A stretch of 64,000 nt of DNA, taken from contig JAYWIR010000015.1 in assembly GCA_036172245.1 (NCBI GenBank), positions 1,860,001 to 1,924,000 on the forward strand, written 5' to 3'. The DNA comes from Raillietiella orientalis (lineage: Eukaryota). Below the pieces are notes generated by a model, which ran no database searches, was not told the DNA's origin, and saw only the letters and a program-made list of their open reading frames with translations. Numbering within the stretch: the stretch's first letter is position 1; each line of letters opens with the position of its first letter. Shown piece after piece: positions 22,980 to 33,705 of this stretch. The position numbers were made by a program, and so were the translations under genes.

Positions 22980-24718
22980 TAAAGCTCCCTATGTCCACCC
23001 CGGCTTCGGCGGTCGAGTTCTTCGACCTGCTGAATCGGGGAACCGGACTTACTGTGAACAGGAAGAAGTCGTCCGTAATGCCAGTTGGTGCGGCGTGGGC
23101 AGGGCAGCAGGACTGGGTCCGTTTGGGGATCCCCATAGTGAGGTACTTCAAGTACCTTGATGTGCCATTGGGGGACTATTCCCCTGCAGAAGTGTAGTCC
23201 CGCTGCCTCCAAAAAGTAGAGACGGCGATCGGCCCGTTCCGAGGCGGCAGGTTTTTCCTGCCGGAACGGGCCGCGGTTTGGAACACGTTCGCGGCTTCTC
23301 TCCTCCGTTCCCTGCTTTTTGTTTGCCCTCCCACAGAGAGAATTAAAAAGCGGACGAAGGAACTCCTCCGCGTCGGGACGGCGGTCTCGGCCTCCTGACG
23401 TTGGAGCGGCTGGAGCTTCAGCTCCAGTTCCGTTTGATGGCCGTTGTGCCGGAGTTGTGGTGCACCTGCTGGTGCGTCCCTGCACGTCTCCTCGTCAAGA
23501 AAGCCACCGGGAAGACAGAACTCACGTCCTTTCTTTCACTCCATCGCTCCCGCATCAACCGATGTAGGCTCCAGCTGCGGAGGGTGGCTGCCTTGGTTCG
23601 GAAAAATCAAGGATGGATCACCTGTCGCCCCACGAACGGTAGTGCCTGGTTGCTGGAAAGTGCCTGGTTCGCACGTTGGCACAATGTGGCATGCAACGCG
23701 CCCAACAGGAACGACGGTTCCTGTTTGGGTGCTACAGAAGTTGCACACTCCGAGAGATCCTGGAGGATCCTGAGGAGAGAGAGTGGTCAGGAAAAATCCC
23801 CCTCGCTGCTGCTCTGGCTTCCTTAATGGAAGATTAGGACAGCGATTGCGGCGAAGTGGGAGGTTAGAATAACTATCTCTGGAAAGAAGAAGATAGGAAG
23901 TGGAAGACGGGCCAGTTAACAGACGCTGCGACCCCGAGTACGCCTCCCCATGGACTTCTGCACTGGGGTACGCTGCTCGATGTTCCGATTGAACATCTGA
24001 AGTTGCCCCGGTGCTCATGAACACTTCCATCCTCTCCTTAAAATGGCAGGAGTCGGCTCTACTGTTGCAGCACTGGGGAGTCCCCTGCTACGCCCGCCGA
24101 CACCACTGGACCTGGGGAGCGGTGGACCCCGATTGTGTTAGGTGTGGGGAACGGGAGTCCCTCCCCCACCTCCTTGTGGATTGTGTTGCCCTTCGGTCCC
24201 TTTGGTTCCTCTTTGCCGCGGCCATCGGAATTCCCTGCGGCAACCCCAGGGACGCTGTGAAAACCCTCTTCGTGTCCGACGCCCTTCGGCCTGCGGCCTC
24301 GTTAGCATTCCTGTGCTGCCTTCGCGGGATGTAGCTGCTTAGAGCAAGGCAACGGGAGGACCTCGCGATAAGGGTGCCATCCAATGTGCCGCCGAATTTT
24401 TGGAGAGGGCGACGCGATGGCCCCACCTGGATCCAGTAATACAGAGAGAGCTTGCCGGCATTCTGCGAAGGATGCAACGGCCCCAGCAGCAACAGTGATC
24501 CCTTTCCGCACCCTCCCACGTTTTCTTTTGTTTTTGTTTAGTTTTTTTGTTTGTCTCCCCTTCCCCCTGCTGCCGTGGTGCACCGTACTGGTCTGCGAAC
24601 TGGTGACCCAGCAGACTCTGTGTTTCTTCGTGCGTGGCTGGCGCAATGGTCCAGCCACTGCACGTCTTTGTTAAAGTTTGTTCTTATAATAAACGCCCCG
24701 GCGGAACTCGGGTGAAAA
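22980..24718 (+). mobile_element. 5'-truncated LINE copy inserted antisense in the host RT
   Basis: LTVNRKKS, YFKYLDVPLG and CVRCGERESLPHLLVDC; terminal AATAAACGCCCCGGCGGAACTCGGGTG-A4. 15-bp TSD TTGAAAGCTTTACGC (22965-22979) / TCGAAAGCGTTACGC (24719-24733) duplicates the host D.RKAFD codons. Confidence 0.92.
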
Positions 24719-25425
24719 TCGAAAGCGTTACGCAAATCGACTGCGACCGCTAAGGCACCCGGCATTTCCTCTGACCGTATGCACCTACGCCTGCCCGTGG
24801 CAGCCGTCGTTGTGGCTGCCTGGCTTTGGTGCGCGACGCGTCGTTGCAGCTCGCGAGGAACAGGCTCACTTCCATGGACCGTCCGGGAACTGCGTAGGAC
24901 TGCTCCGGACTTACCACGGATTCTGCGATCCTGCCTAGGCGCGCGACCCAGAGCTTGCAGAACAACTTGATGTCCGCATTCACCAAAGTGATCGGACGCC
25001 AGTTGCTTAAATAGCGCATGTCTCCGCCTTTCGGCAAGAGACGCACTCTTGCTGAGCGAAACGAGGCCGCGACATTGCCCGTCTCTCGCATCAGCGAAGA
25101 AATGCTGAGCAGCAGGGGGATGAGTTCCGCCGCGAAGCACTGGAAGAACTCCGTAGGCAGACCATCTCACCAGGCGCCTTACGCCTCTTGAGGCCCACTA
25201 TGGAAGAAGACACTTCTTCCACCGTGAAGGGCAAATCCAAAGTCGCACGTTCCTCCTCGTCGTCAGCAAGGGTATCCGCCGGCAGAAGCAGCTCGGGGAG
25301 ACTGCGTTCCGTAGGCTCCCTTGCATACAACGAGGAATAATAGCGTTTAAGGAGACGACTCACGTCAGTTGCGGGCCTATGGACCGGTAGCGGCAAGTGT
25401 GTCAAGACAGGCCGAAACAAATGTT

Positions 25426-25508
25426 CTGCCTGAACATAACTCAAAGACTTTGTTATGACCTTTTTATTGTAAAAATTTCAATAACAAATGCCCCGGCATA
25501 CCCGGGTG
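25426..25508 (+). mobile_element. 83-bp 3'-terminal LINE fragment inserted antisense in the host ORF2
   Basis: Ends AAATGCCCCGGCATACCCGGGTG. 9-bp TSD ACAAATGTT (25417-25425) / ACAAACGTT (25509-25517). Removing it restores the host frame EMLSRNQRLFRPVL. Confidence 0.85.
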
Positions 25509-27344
25509 ACAAACGTTGGTTGCGGCTGAGCATTTCCGGCCCTGATCGTCAAGCAGACAGCTGCTCCAGACTACCAGACCTGGCTCTCGGCCATGGACTT
25601 GTACTCCGCAAGATGCCCGACATCCGAACATAGGGAGAATGTGCAGTCCTGCAGAAACGCTCTGCTGTTGGCCACGCCTTTCCCAAAGCCGCGAGGGAGC
25701 AGGAGCAAAGGGAACCGGCAGCAGAACTCGCGGATCGATCTTTCCAGATCGTCCCAATCCACAAGTACCTGAACGACCAAGCCCCGGAGGTGCTGGCGGG
25801 GGTGCTCCGCCGCAACAGGATTTTTCAACCAGTCGATCGGCATGCTCCAGACGTGCGTCGGAGGGCCCTTGCCAGGCAGGAAGAGCTCAAACTCCAGCCT
25901 GTGTGGTCGGAAAGCCCGGACGGCATGAGACCTCTTCGACCCACTCGACAGAGCAGGTGATCATCGAGGAACGGATGGTCCGGCAACGCTCGCATCCCAG
26001 GATCGTCGGCCAGCAAATTCAAAGCGTGCACGGAAGCGCACACCTCGTTCACCAGTCTCTTCTCCCGGCGACGGTGAGTCTCGTCCGATAGCACGTGGAC
26101 GTTAAAGTCCCCGGCAACGAGGGTGAACCACCTTGGGGCCGGATTTGCTGAGCCAGCGGCTGCGCAGGCTGCCGAAAAACTCGAGTCTCTCGGTGTGACG
26201 CGCGGGACCGCTCGGCGCGTACACGTTCGTGATGGCAAGGTCGATCGATTCGGACCACTTGAGAAGAAGCTGGCCCACTCGACCTTTCCCATCGAAACGG
26301 ATATTCCGCACCGACCCCGCCACCCTGTCCCGGACAACGAATGCAACTCAGCAAGTATTTCGGCAGCCTTGCCGCCAGTGGAGCGCCCTGCCTGCACGAC
26401 CTTCAAGATCGGCCGCTTGCTGTTCGGAGATGCCGTGTATCTCCTGCAGCAGGACCAGATCGAAGTCGCGCAAGGCGTTAGCTATCAGCCGCCTCTTCTC
26501 GAAGTCCTGCAGCCCGTTAACGTTCCAACAGGCCACGCAGACGCGACGAGAAGCTGTGGACATGGTGGCGGATTCCTTGTCCCGTCCGGCGAGGGATCAG
26601 CTGGGAGTACGGCAGATTGGAGTACGCTCCCAGTATCCGCCGCGCCGCACGCGGCTGGCTCGGTGGAGTCGAGGACCATTGCCTCGGGCTCCGAGGAGCA
26701 TCGGGAGCCGTTCCCGGCATCAGTCTCGGGCCTGGAAAGTTTGCCTTGCGCGCGGCTCCGGGTTGCCCCGGGCCTTCGTGCACTTTCACACTGGCATCAG
26801 ACTGCACCTCGGAGTCGGAAGGCCGCGCGCGAGATAGTCGTTTGGCCTGCTTTTTTCCTTGCTGGCAGCTCGATGCTGTTCCAGCGTTGGCGGCGGTTGC
26901 CGCCGTCACCGAAGCCGCTTTCGCCTTCGTAGCTTCGGCGTCAGTCACCTCCCGCTGGCTTCGGGCGACAGCGACGGCACACGAGACTGCGGCTGAAGCT
27001 TTTTTCTGCGCCTTTTTTGGCATGCGGAGCTGCTTTTTCAGCCTGCCTACCTGTATGATGGGAAAGTGAGAAGGATCCCTTCCTTTCTTCTTCTGCTTCT
27101 CCTCCCTCTGCTTCCCTTTTACCAAAGTCCAGCCCTCATCGCTGTCCTCTGGCGTTCCTTCCTTGGACGCGAGAGCCTCCAGAGCCCTTTGCATCCTTGC
27201 TAAAGGCTCCTTTTTGGCGACCGCGACCAGAAGCAGTCTCGCCACATCGCTTTTTGAGCCTCCTTACCGGAAGGTGCGGGCAAAGTGGAGGAATGATCCG
27301 GATTCGCGCGAGGCTTCGTAGCCTTTCCCGCAGTTTCTAGACAG

Positions 27345-28047
27345 TAAGCTGCTTCCCCTCAATCAGTGGCAGCAATCGGCGCTACTGATACTGCACTAGG
27401 GTCTCCCGTGCAATGCGCGCCGGCACCACTGGACCAGGGGAAGCGCTTCGCCGAACTGTGCCCGGTGGAGAGAAGGAGACCTTCCTTACCTCTTATTTCA
27501 GTGCGTCGCTCTCCGGGACTTGTGGGAACGTTTCTCTGCGTCCCTTTCTCACCCTGTGGGCGATCCCAGAGAATCCTCGGGCCCCTCTTCTCGCGGGGCG
27601 CTATGATATCCACAGCCGCAATCGCAGAGCTGTGCTGCGTGCGCGGTATCGTCGCGGCGAAATGTGACGCAGAGAGATGCCGGAGCGACAAGTGGGTGTC
27701 CTGCACGCCATCCGCTTTGTTCAGATAGCTTTGAGGTGGCCCCACATGGAAAGGAAGGAGGAGCTTGCCGACATCCTTCAACGGATACAGAGACCTCACC
27801 CACCACGAAATGCGATCCCCTCTCTTCCGCCACAACTAATTTTTTTGCTAGTTTTTATTGTTTATTATAGTTTGTTCTCTTTTTTTCTATTTCTGTGTCA
27901 TCCTCATTCCCCCTAGTGGACGTGATATAGCTCCCCCCCCCCTTTACTGTAGTAATCGGAATCGGTGGACCTTTGGGCTCCATTGATTCCTGTAAATGTT
28001 ATTTTTCCATAAGAAAAATAAATGCCCCGGCGCACCTGGGTGTGAAA
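27345..28047 (+). mobile_element. 5'-truncated LINE copy
   Basis: WQQSALLILHWGLPCNARRHHWTRG and IALRWPHM; T-rich UTR; terminal AATAAATGCCCCGGCGCACCTGGGTGTGAAA. Confidence 0.88.
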
Positions 28048-29699
28048 TCGCGGAGCCTGCCTTCTGCCCACCTTTAGTGAAGAAGCGCCGCAACGAGTCC
28101 AAAGCGGGGGGGGGGGAGTCTGCCGTCGATGGAGCGCCGAAGGGAGTCTTCGCCGCGAGTCCTCCAGGCACCGCAGTTCATCATAAGGTGCGGGGCGATT
28201 CCGTCGTCCCGCACCTGGAACGGTTAGGGTAGGAAGCCCCTCAGGGCAAGGGAGGGAAAGTCGGCGGATTCCCATCCGCGTCCTGCTCAGGATGCGGGCG
28301 AGAATTCCACGCTCGAGTTTACCAGACGAGGCTCCTGAAAAAGCAGCTCCTCGTCGTGGCGCCGTCCCCGTCGCACTTTGTTCCGCCCTGCGCTCGAAGC
28401 GATCACCCAGAATCGTAGCTCCTAGCACGCTCCGGCAGTCCTCCCTCGCGGAGCACCCTAGTTCCCGACCGACGGTGATGGAGGAATCCAGACGCCTCAG
28501 CGGCAACGGCGGCGGACTGCCTCACGGAGGGCTGCGGTCCATTCGCGCCCGAGGAAGACCTTCTCCACTCTCCCATGCGCGGAGATCTATGCAGTGGTTG
28601 CACCACGGACGGTGGGCAAGGGAGGCCGCTTATCGGGAACACCTATGACGGACGACCCAACTTACTGCGGGACATGGATGGCACACCATTCAGATGACAT
28701 GTTCAGTATGCTTCCGGGTCTCCTGGAACTTCTTGCACGGGGGTGAGCGAAAACTTCTCCGGAACTTGAAGACTCTGCTCCCTACGTATCTTGAAGTGGA
28801 TGCTCATGACGGGAATTTTAAATCCCGGGGCAGCAAACCGATCCAGCACGGGACGAACGGCGCGCGTGCAAGCTGTTAAACTTCACCTCGCGTCCCGTGA
28901 GCATTCAGACATTTCGACGGGCTACGAGGTCCGACTAAGAGGAGGGAGGATGATTATTGGTTTCGAGGCTAAGAAAGAGGACTTTCCAACGAAAGATCTT
29001 TCCTGTACCTTCGTCTGAGAGACGTATCTCCGGAGTTTGGGAAGAACCATTGGCCGCGGATGCCATCAGGAGTTGTTTGTCAGCATCGTGGCGGGGGGAG
29101 CCCTTCCAGGAAACCCGGGGGTAGGGGGGGAACCGGACTCGTGAGGAAGTTGGGCTGCAGGCAACCCCAACTTCCTCACGAGACAGGTGCTCCTGAACGA
29201 TTCACTCCTCGCTGCAGCACGGGAACTTCCCACAGCGCCGAAATGAATGCATGCGCTCTCATTCCTGGAGTTCTAATAGATTAATCTCAAGTTCCCTATG
29301 AACTGAAAGAAATTATGGAGATTGTATTGATCAACGTAACTTACGACAGGTGCTCCTGTTTTTGAAAGGTGACCAAGGACATCACTTCTTCGTTCAGCTG
29401 GAAACCACGGAGCGCATCTATAAGAGCCCTGCTTTCCCACAGGAAATCGATTCGAATTCTGGATGCTCCTCACCTCCCCAACACTGTAGGGAGATTCCTT
29501 GACAGTTCAGCGCCACACTGTGCTTCGGAAGAGTCAGCAGGTATTCAATGTGATTCCATTTCTCTGAGACGGTCAATACAAGTCGCTTGCTGCAAGTGAA
29601 TCTTACAGTACATCTGGTTAATTACCGGAAAGCCGCAGAGCATGAAAAGTGCGTCAGAGAAGAGGGGCAGCACTCAGCACAAAACACTCGGCTCAAGAG

Positions 29700-31213
29700 G
29701 AAGCACGCGTCGGGAATCATCAGTCGGTGGGAAGACGCTTTTGTGGTCCATCCGTGTGGCACGACTCGACCTTCCGTCCGTTCACACAGGACCTGCCAGA
29801 GACGGCACCGGTCGCGGTGTGCGGACGGTGGGAGAGATGCCACGTTGCGCCGCCCTCGACGGGTGCGTCGACGACCGAACCGCCACGACTATCGCGAAGA
29901 GGCACAGGGAGATGGTGATCCGGGTCAAAAGGGGAACTATGCCCTCAGGCAGCCGGGAGCCGACAATCAAACTGCTTCCGTGGGAAACTGGAGACTCCGA
30001 GCTGTGCTCCGGCACGCCTCACCCTTTGCCGATGCGCTAGAAGCGAAGGACTTCTCTCGCTGCTGCCGACAGCAGTCATAGGATCAGTGGATTTGGCTAC
30101 CCCCTGAGACTGGAAGACCATCCGTGGATCTCCTGCCTCCCAAAAAACTGGGATGGATGGAGGCAGGAGACACGGGAGTCCCGGGTCGACTTTCTGCAAT
30201 AGTTCCCAAAGGAACGTCGACCGCTGCAGAATCTCCTATGCAAACATCTAGGGGAAGTTCCGCAGGATTAGACGCAGTGGTGCTTGAGAACCGTTTCGTC
30301 CGTTGCCACAGGGCTGTCTTTTTTCATAGCAAGCAATGACAGCAGCCAACAGGCGGGGCGAGAGTTGTCCTGCAAGATTGCAGGAGTCGAGAAACTCCTT
30401 GACGGCTGCAAGACGAGCGGGTGGGTTGGTGAACGCCACCGCTCGTCGCTTCCGGGCGAAGGGACTCCTTCGGTGAGACGAACTGCTCCTTATGCCCCCG
30501 GAAAGCCTGCAGTCCTTTCCGTGTTCCCGCTCGCTTGAATTCGGAATACCGGGATCACCAATGCCGTTTCTGCATTGGTGAATCCGGTGCAACCGGCGCA
30601 GACGTCTGTTTTCCGGAAGAATTGTCTCCCCGAACCGTTTGAGGTGAAGGGAGATAGAATCGTTCCCGCACCTCTTGTTGGACTGCGGTGCCCTGGAGGA
30701 TATCTGGCGGAAACTCGCTTCGGCGCTCCGTTGACCGCAGGACCGTCCCGCTTTGGACTTACTGGGGCGCTTCTTCACTCAAGGAGTTCTGAAGGCGGGC
30801 GCTGTGATCGCCACCACCATGGTGACGGTCCTCCATGTGTTGGAGCCTGGCTCGCAGAGAAGGGAGGCCACCAGGATGACATCTGGCTTCATGAGGACGG
30901 CTGAAAGGAGGCCTTACCTGCAAGACGCCGTCAAGAAGATCGCCACCATCCACAGCCGCTTTTGATAAGGAAGGAACGTGTTATACCAAAGGTCCCCTGT
31001 ACCTTCCCTACCGTGTTTTTTTTTCTTCTTTGCTCATCGACCTCTCCTTCGTTCCTCACTTCTCAGAAACCGGCCTGCATGTCGGTGTTCATCCTCAGTG
31101 AACTTCTTGTTTTGCTGTTGCTGTTCTGCACCGGAACCCAGGGGACACTCAGGGCTCCCCTGATTTGTGGTTTGTTTATTTTTAGAGAAACGTCCCTGCG
31201 TGACCGGGTACAA
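29700..31213 (+). mobile_element. Old diverged LINE 3' portion (same subfamily as 13400-14222)
   Basis: ESFPHLLLDCGALEDIWRKLA and FMRTAERRPYLQDAVKKIATIHSRF*; hairpin ACCGGC-CTGCAT-GTCGGT near 31066-31087; terminal AAACGTCCCTGCGTGACCGGGTACAAA. 5' boundary uncertain. Confidence 0.7.
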
Positions 31214-31259
31214 ACGAGACTGTTTCGGCTGGAGCCAAGTCCAAAGGGAAGGTCAGAAT

Positions 31260-33000
31260 CGTGCTGCAGGTGCCACGTGGTTCCTTCGAAGATGCAGCGG
31301 CGGCAACGCGCCAGAAGAGGCGAGGGCTAGCTCTCCGCTTCGTCCCCAAGCCGTTGCTTGCGACCACGAGAATACTTCTGAAAGGGCGTCTTGGATCTGG
31401 GGATGTGGCCGACAACGAAGTGCTGAGAGAGCTGAAGATTCCGGAGAGACAATGGAAACGAATGGCGAGGGAAATGAATGGTATTCTCGAACACCAGGCA
31501 TTCCCGGGATGTACATCAATGGAGTCGGGTGGATCGCAACCGGACTGAGAACACCCTCAAAAGCTTCAGCTCCATCATGATGGTGGACGGCAGTGGATGA
31601 AGTGGAGGATTGGAGGAGAGTCCATGGTGCGATGGATACGGGAAGACTGCATGTCGCCGTTCCTGCCGTCCCTGCTCAAGAGTGGGATCCAAGGCGGAGT
31701 TCGGACAGGAAATGCCAGGTGCGTTTCATTTTCATTTCCATGTTTCCGCTGGTCTCGAACGGGAGCGCCTCCTTGTGGGACATTGCCTCGATTCTGGCGA
31801 CCTTGGTAGGGTCATCACCGGAGCATTCGGAAGGAAGCTGTGCAGACCGAGTTCACGGACGGATTATCCCTCGCACGATCCAGATCGCAGCTGCGAAGAC
31901 CACGTATGGTTCGAACACAGAGGTTCCTGGACTCTTTCGGATTATGGGGAGATCGACTCTTCTGGGTTTGCTCGGGAAACGAAGACAGGACGCGGGATCC
32001 AATGAGCATGCTGAGAGAGCGCCGAAGCTTCCGGGTTGCGCGGCCGGACAGTTGGACAGTTGTCCAAGGCTGGATTCGGAAGCGGGAAAGGTCGAGTAGC
32101 GAAAAACGAGGGTAATAGGGTATTCCGGAGGATTTGGCACCCGAGAACGACTGAGATCTGCCATCCTCAGCATCCGGATTTCCCAGTGCGAGCGATCGTG
32201 AAACTCTGAAGTCCCGGACGGAGAGGTTGTTTGACCGAAAACTCAGTCTAGCCCGTCCGATCTTACGCTCGACGCACAAGCCTTTGCAGAGAGAGAGAAG
32301 GCATCGCAATACGCAATCGGGTGACCTTTCGGAGGCACCCCGTGAGCAGGAAGCAGATCTCTTCTCTCGTCAGGAAAGAATGGGGAACGCCGCAAAATCG
32401 CAAAGAGGATCTCGTGTTGTACGGGAGCAGCGCGCATCTCCTGGCGTGGACTCGCTCCTTCGGAATTACCCGAGGTCCTTGTGTGTTTCTTTCTTTCTGG
32501 AAGGTCTGAAAGACCTGCATTTTCCGTGCTGAGACATTGACGGATGACTGCAAAGAGGCAAGGCTGGACGGGGCCACAGTTCGCCCTTGAGTTCCGGTTC
32601 TCACCCGGTCACGTCTGGCGTATGCGTTCATAAGAATAGACATAGAGGGGTCGGTGGCAGTTGTCAGCCGCCGATCAGACCGTTCCAGGGTCGAGGCTGG
32701 ATCCAGGGACGGTGCGAAGGGAAGGTCATCATCATGTTGCTAGCGTCAGACTCCCCCTTCGAAGACACGGCGGCGGAGACTCCAGTGCTCTCTGGCTCAG
32801 TATGCCTGTGCTTCTCGAGCGCAGGATGCCAGCGAGGTTTTCCTGGAGTTTTTCCGGACGCATCCATCTCGCCGCGATCCGCGGGAAACGGGCGGCAAAG
32901 AGGATAGCTCCGCTGTCGCCGATGCCCTTGTCGGCTTCGTTCCTGGAGACGACGGACACCGCGCCGGCACCGAAGCGCTGCTGTGGAGGCTGCGAGAAGC
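31260..33000 (+). mobile_element. Heavily decayed LINE 5' portion (ORF1/APE/RT-start remnants)
   Basis: VADNEVLRELK...FPG..INGVGWIATGLR (ORF1 RRM-like), VITGAF (GDFN-like), DRLFWV and SPGVDSL occur in the expected order but are very degenerate. Confidence 0.4.
32426..32970 (+). repeat. 545-bp segment identical to 15309-15853
   Basis: Direct identity by eye, offset 17117. Confidence 0.95.
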
Positions 33001-33033
33001 ATGGCATCCCGTACAAAGAGGGGATTCAAAGAG

Positions 33034-33705
33034 ACCCGCATTGGAGGCCATCTGCTTGCAGTCCCCGCGCGTATCACCAGACGTCGCGGATTGGAATACT
33101 CGGAAAGAAGCGACACCGGGGGCGATGGGGGTGCGTCGTGGGTTCGAGTTCTCCCGAAAGATGGCGCTGGCCGACCTGCCTTCGTGTGCGGCACTGGTAA
33201 CGAATAAAACTGGATGCCCCGATGAGTGGCTGAAATTGGGAGTCGACCTCCGGGTCCTTACAGGAAACAGAATCGAGGAGTGGGTAGTAACCCTCCGGTT
33301 GTGCAAAGGAACGAACCCCAGAGGGGTCCGTGTCTACCATGGAATATCTCCAGAGGGTAGAGAAGCGCCAGTCCCTTCAGGGAGAGCCCTTCTAAGAAAT
33401 TTCAGAAGCATCCCTTCGGGGTTCTCTTCGGAGGAGGAGTAAATAGGAGCTGTTCCTTTGCGGGTTCCCTCAGGAGAAGAGATTCCTGATAGCGGATCCT
33501 TTACGGGTTCCCTTCGGAGTTGAAAAATGGAGCCGACCCATCCGGAGGTCCCTTCAGAGAGAATAAGGATGAAGGATTTTCTCGGAGGTTCCCTTCAGAG
33601 ATATCTCTCCAGGTGCGAGAGGAGCGGACTCCCTTCTCCGGAGCCCTTCCTGGATTTATAGGGTAGTCTTCTCCCGGGGTACTTTCCATCCTGAAGAATT
33701 GACGA
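33034..33705 (+). mobile_element. tRNA-headed structured SINE-like element, copy 4 (3' part missing)
   Basis: Starts CCCGCATTGGAGGCC, has GGGTTCGAGTTCTCC, an empty target site GTGCGGCACTGG near 33186-33197, and a body colinear with copy 3 up to ATCCTGAAGAATT. Confidence 0.85.

Larger units (their letters stand above)
19797..27300 (-). mobile_element. Near-complete L1/Tx1-type non-LTR retrotransposon (ORF1 part, APE, RT, CCHC, 3'UTR), frameshifted, with three nested antisense inserts
   Basis: ORF1-like K/A-rich frame 27245-26517. APE: ACWNVNGL, LLQEIH, NVYAPS, AGDFN, LSDH. RT: RKAPG, LLPKGGD..NWRPITLVNADIK, VDLRNAFD, GIRQGDSLSPLLF, YTDD, KYLGVPL. CCHC: CAVCGEKESLPHLLVDC. Ends AATAAACGCCCCGGCGTGACCGGGTG-A4. 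The protein reads through when inserts 21656-22733, 22980-24718 and 25426-25508 are removed. Confidence 0.92.
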
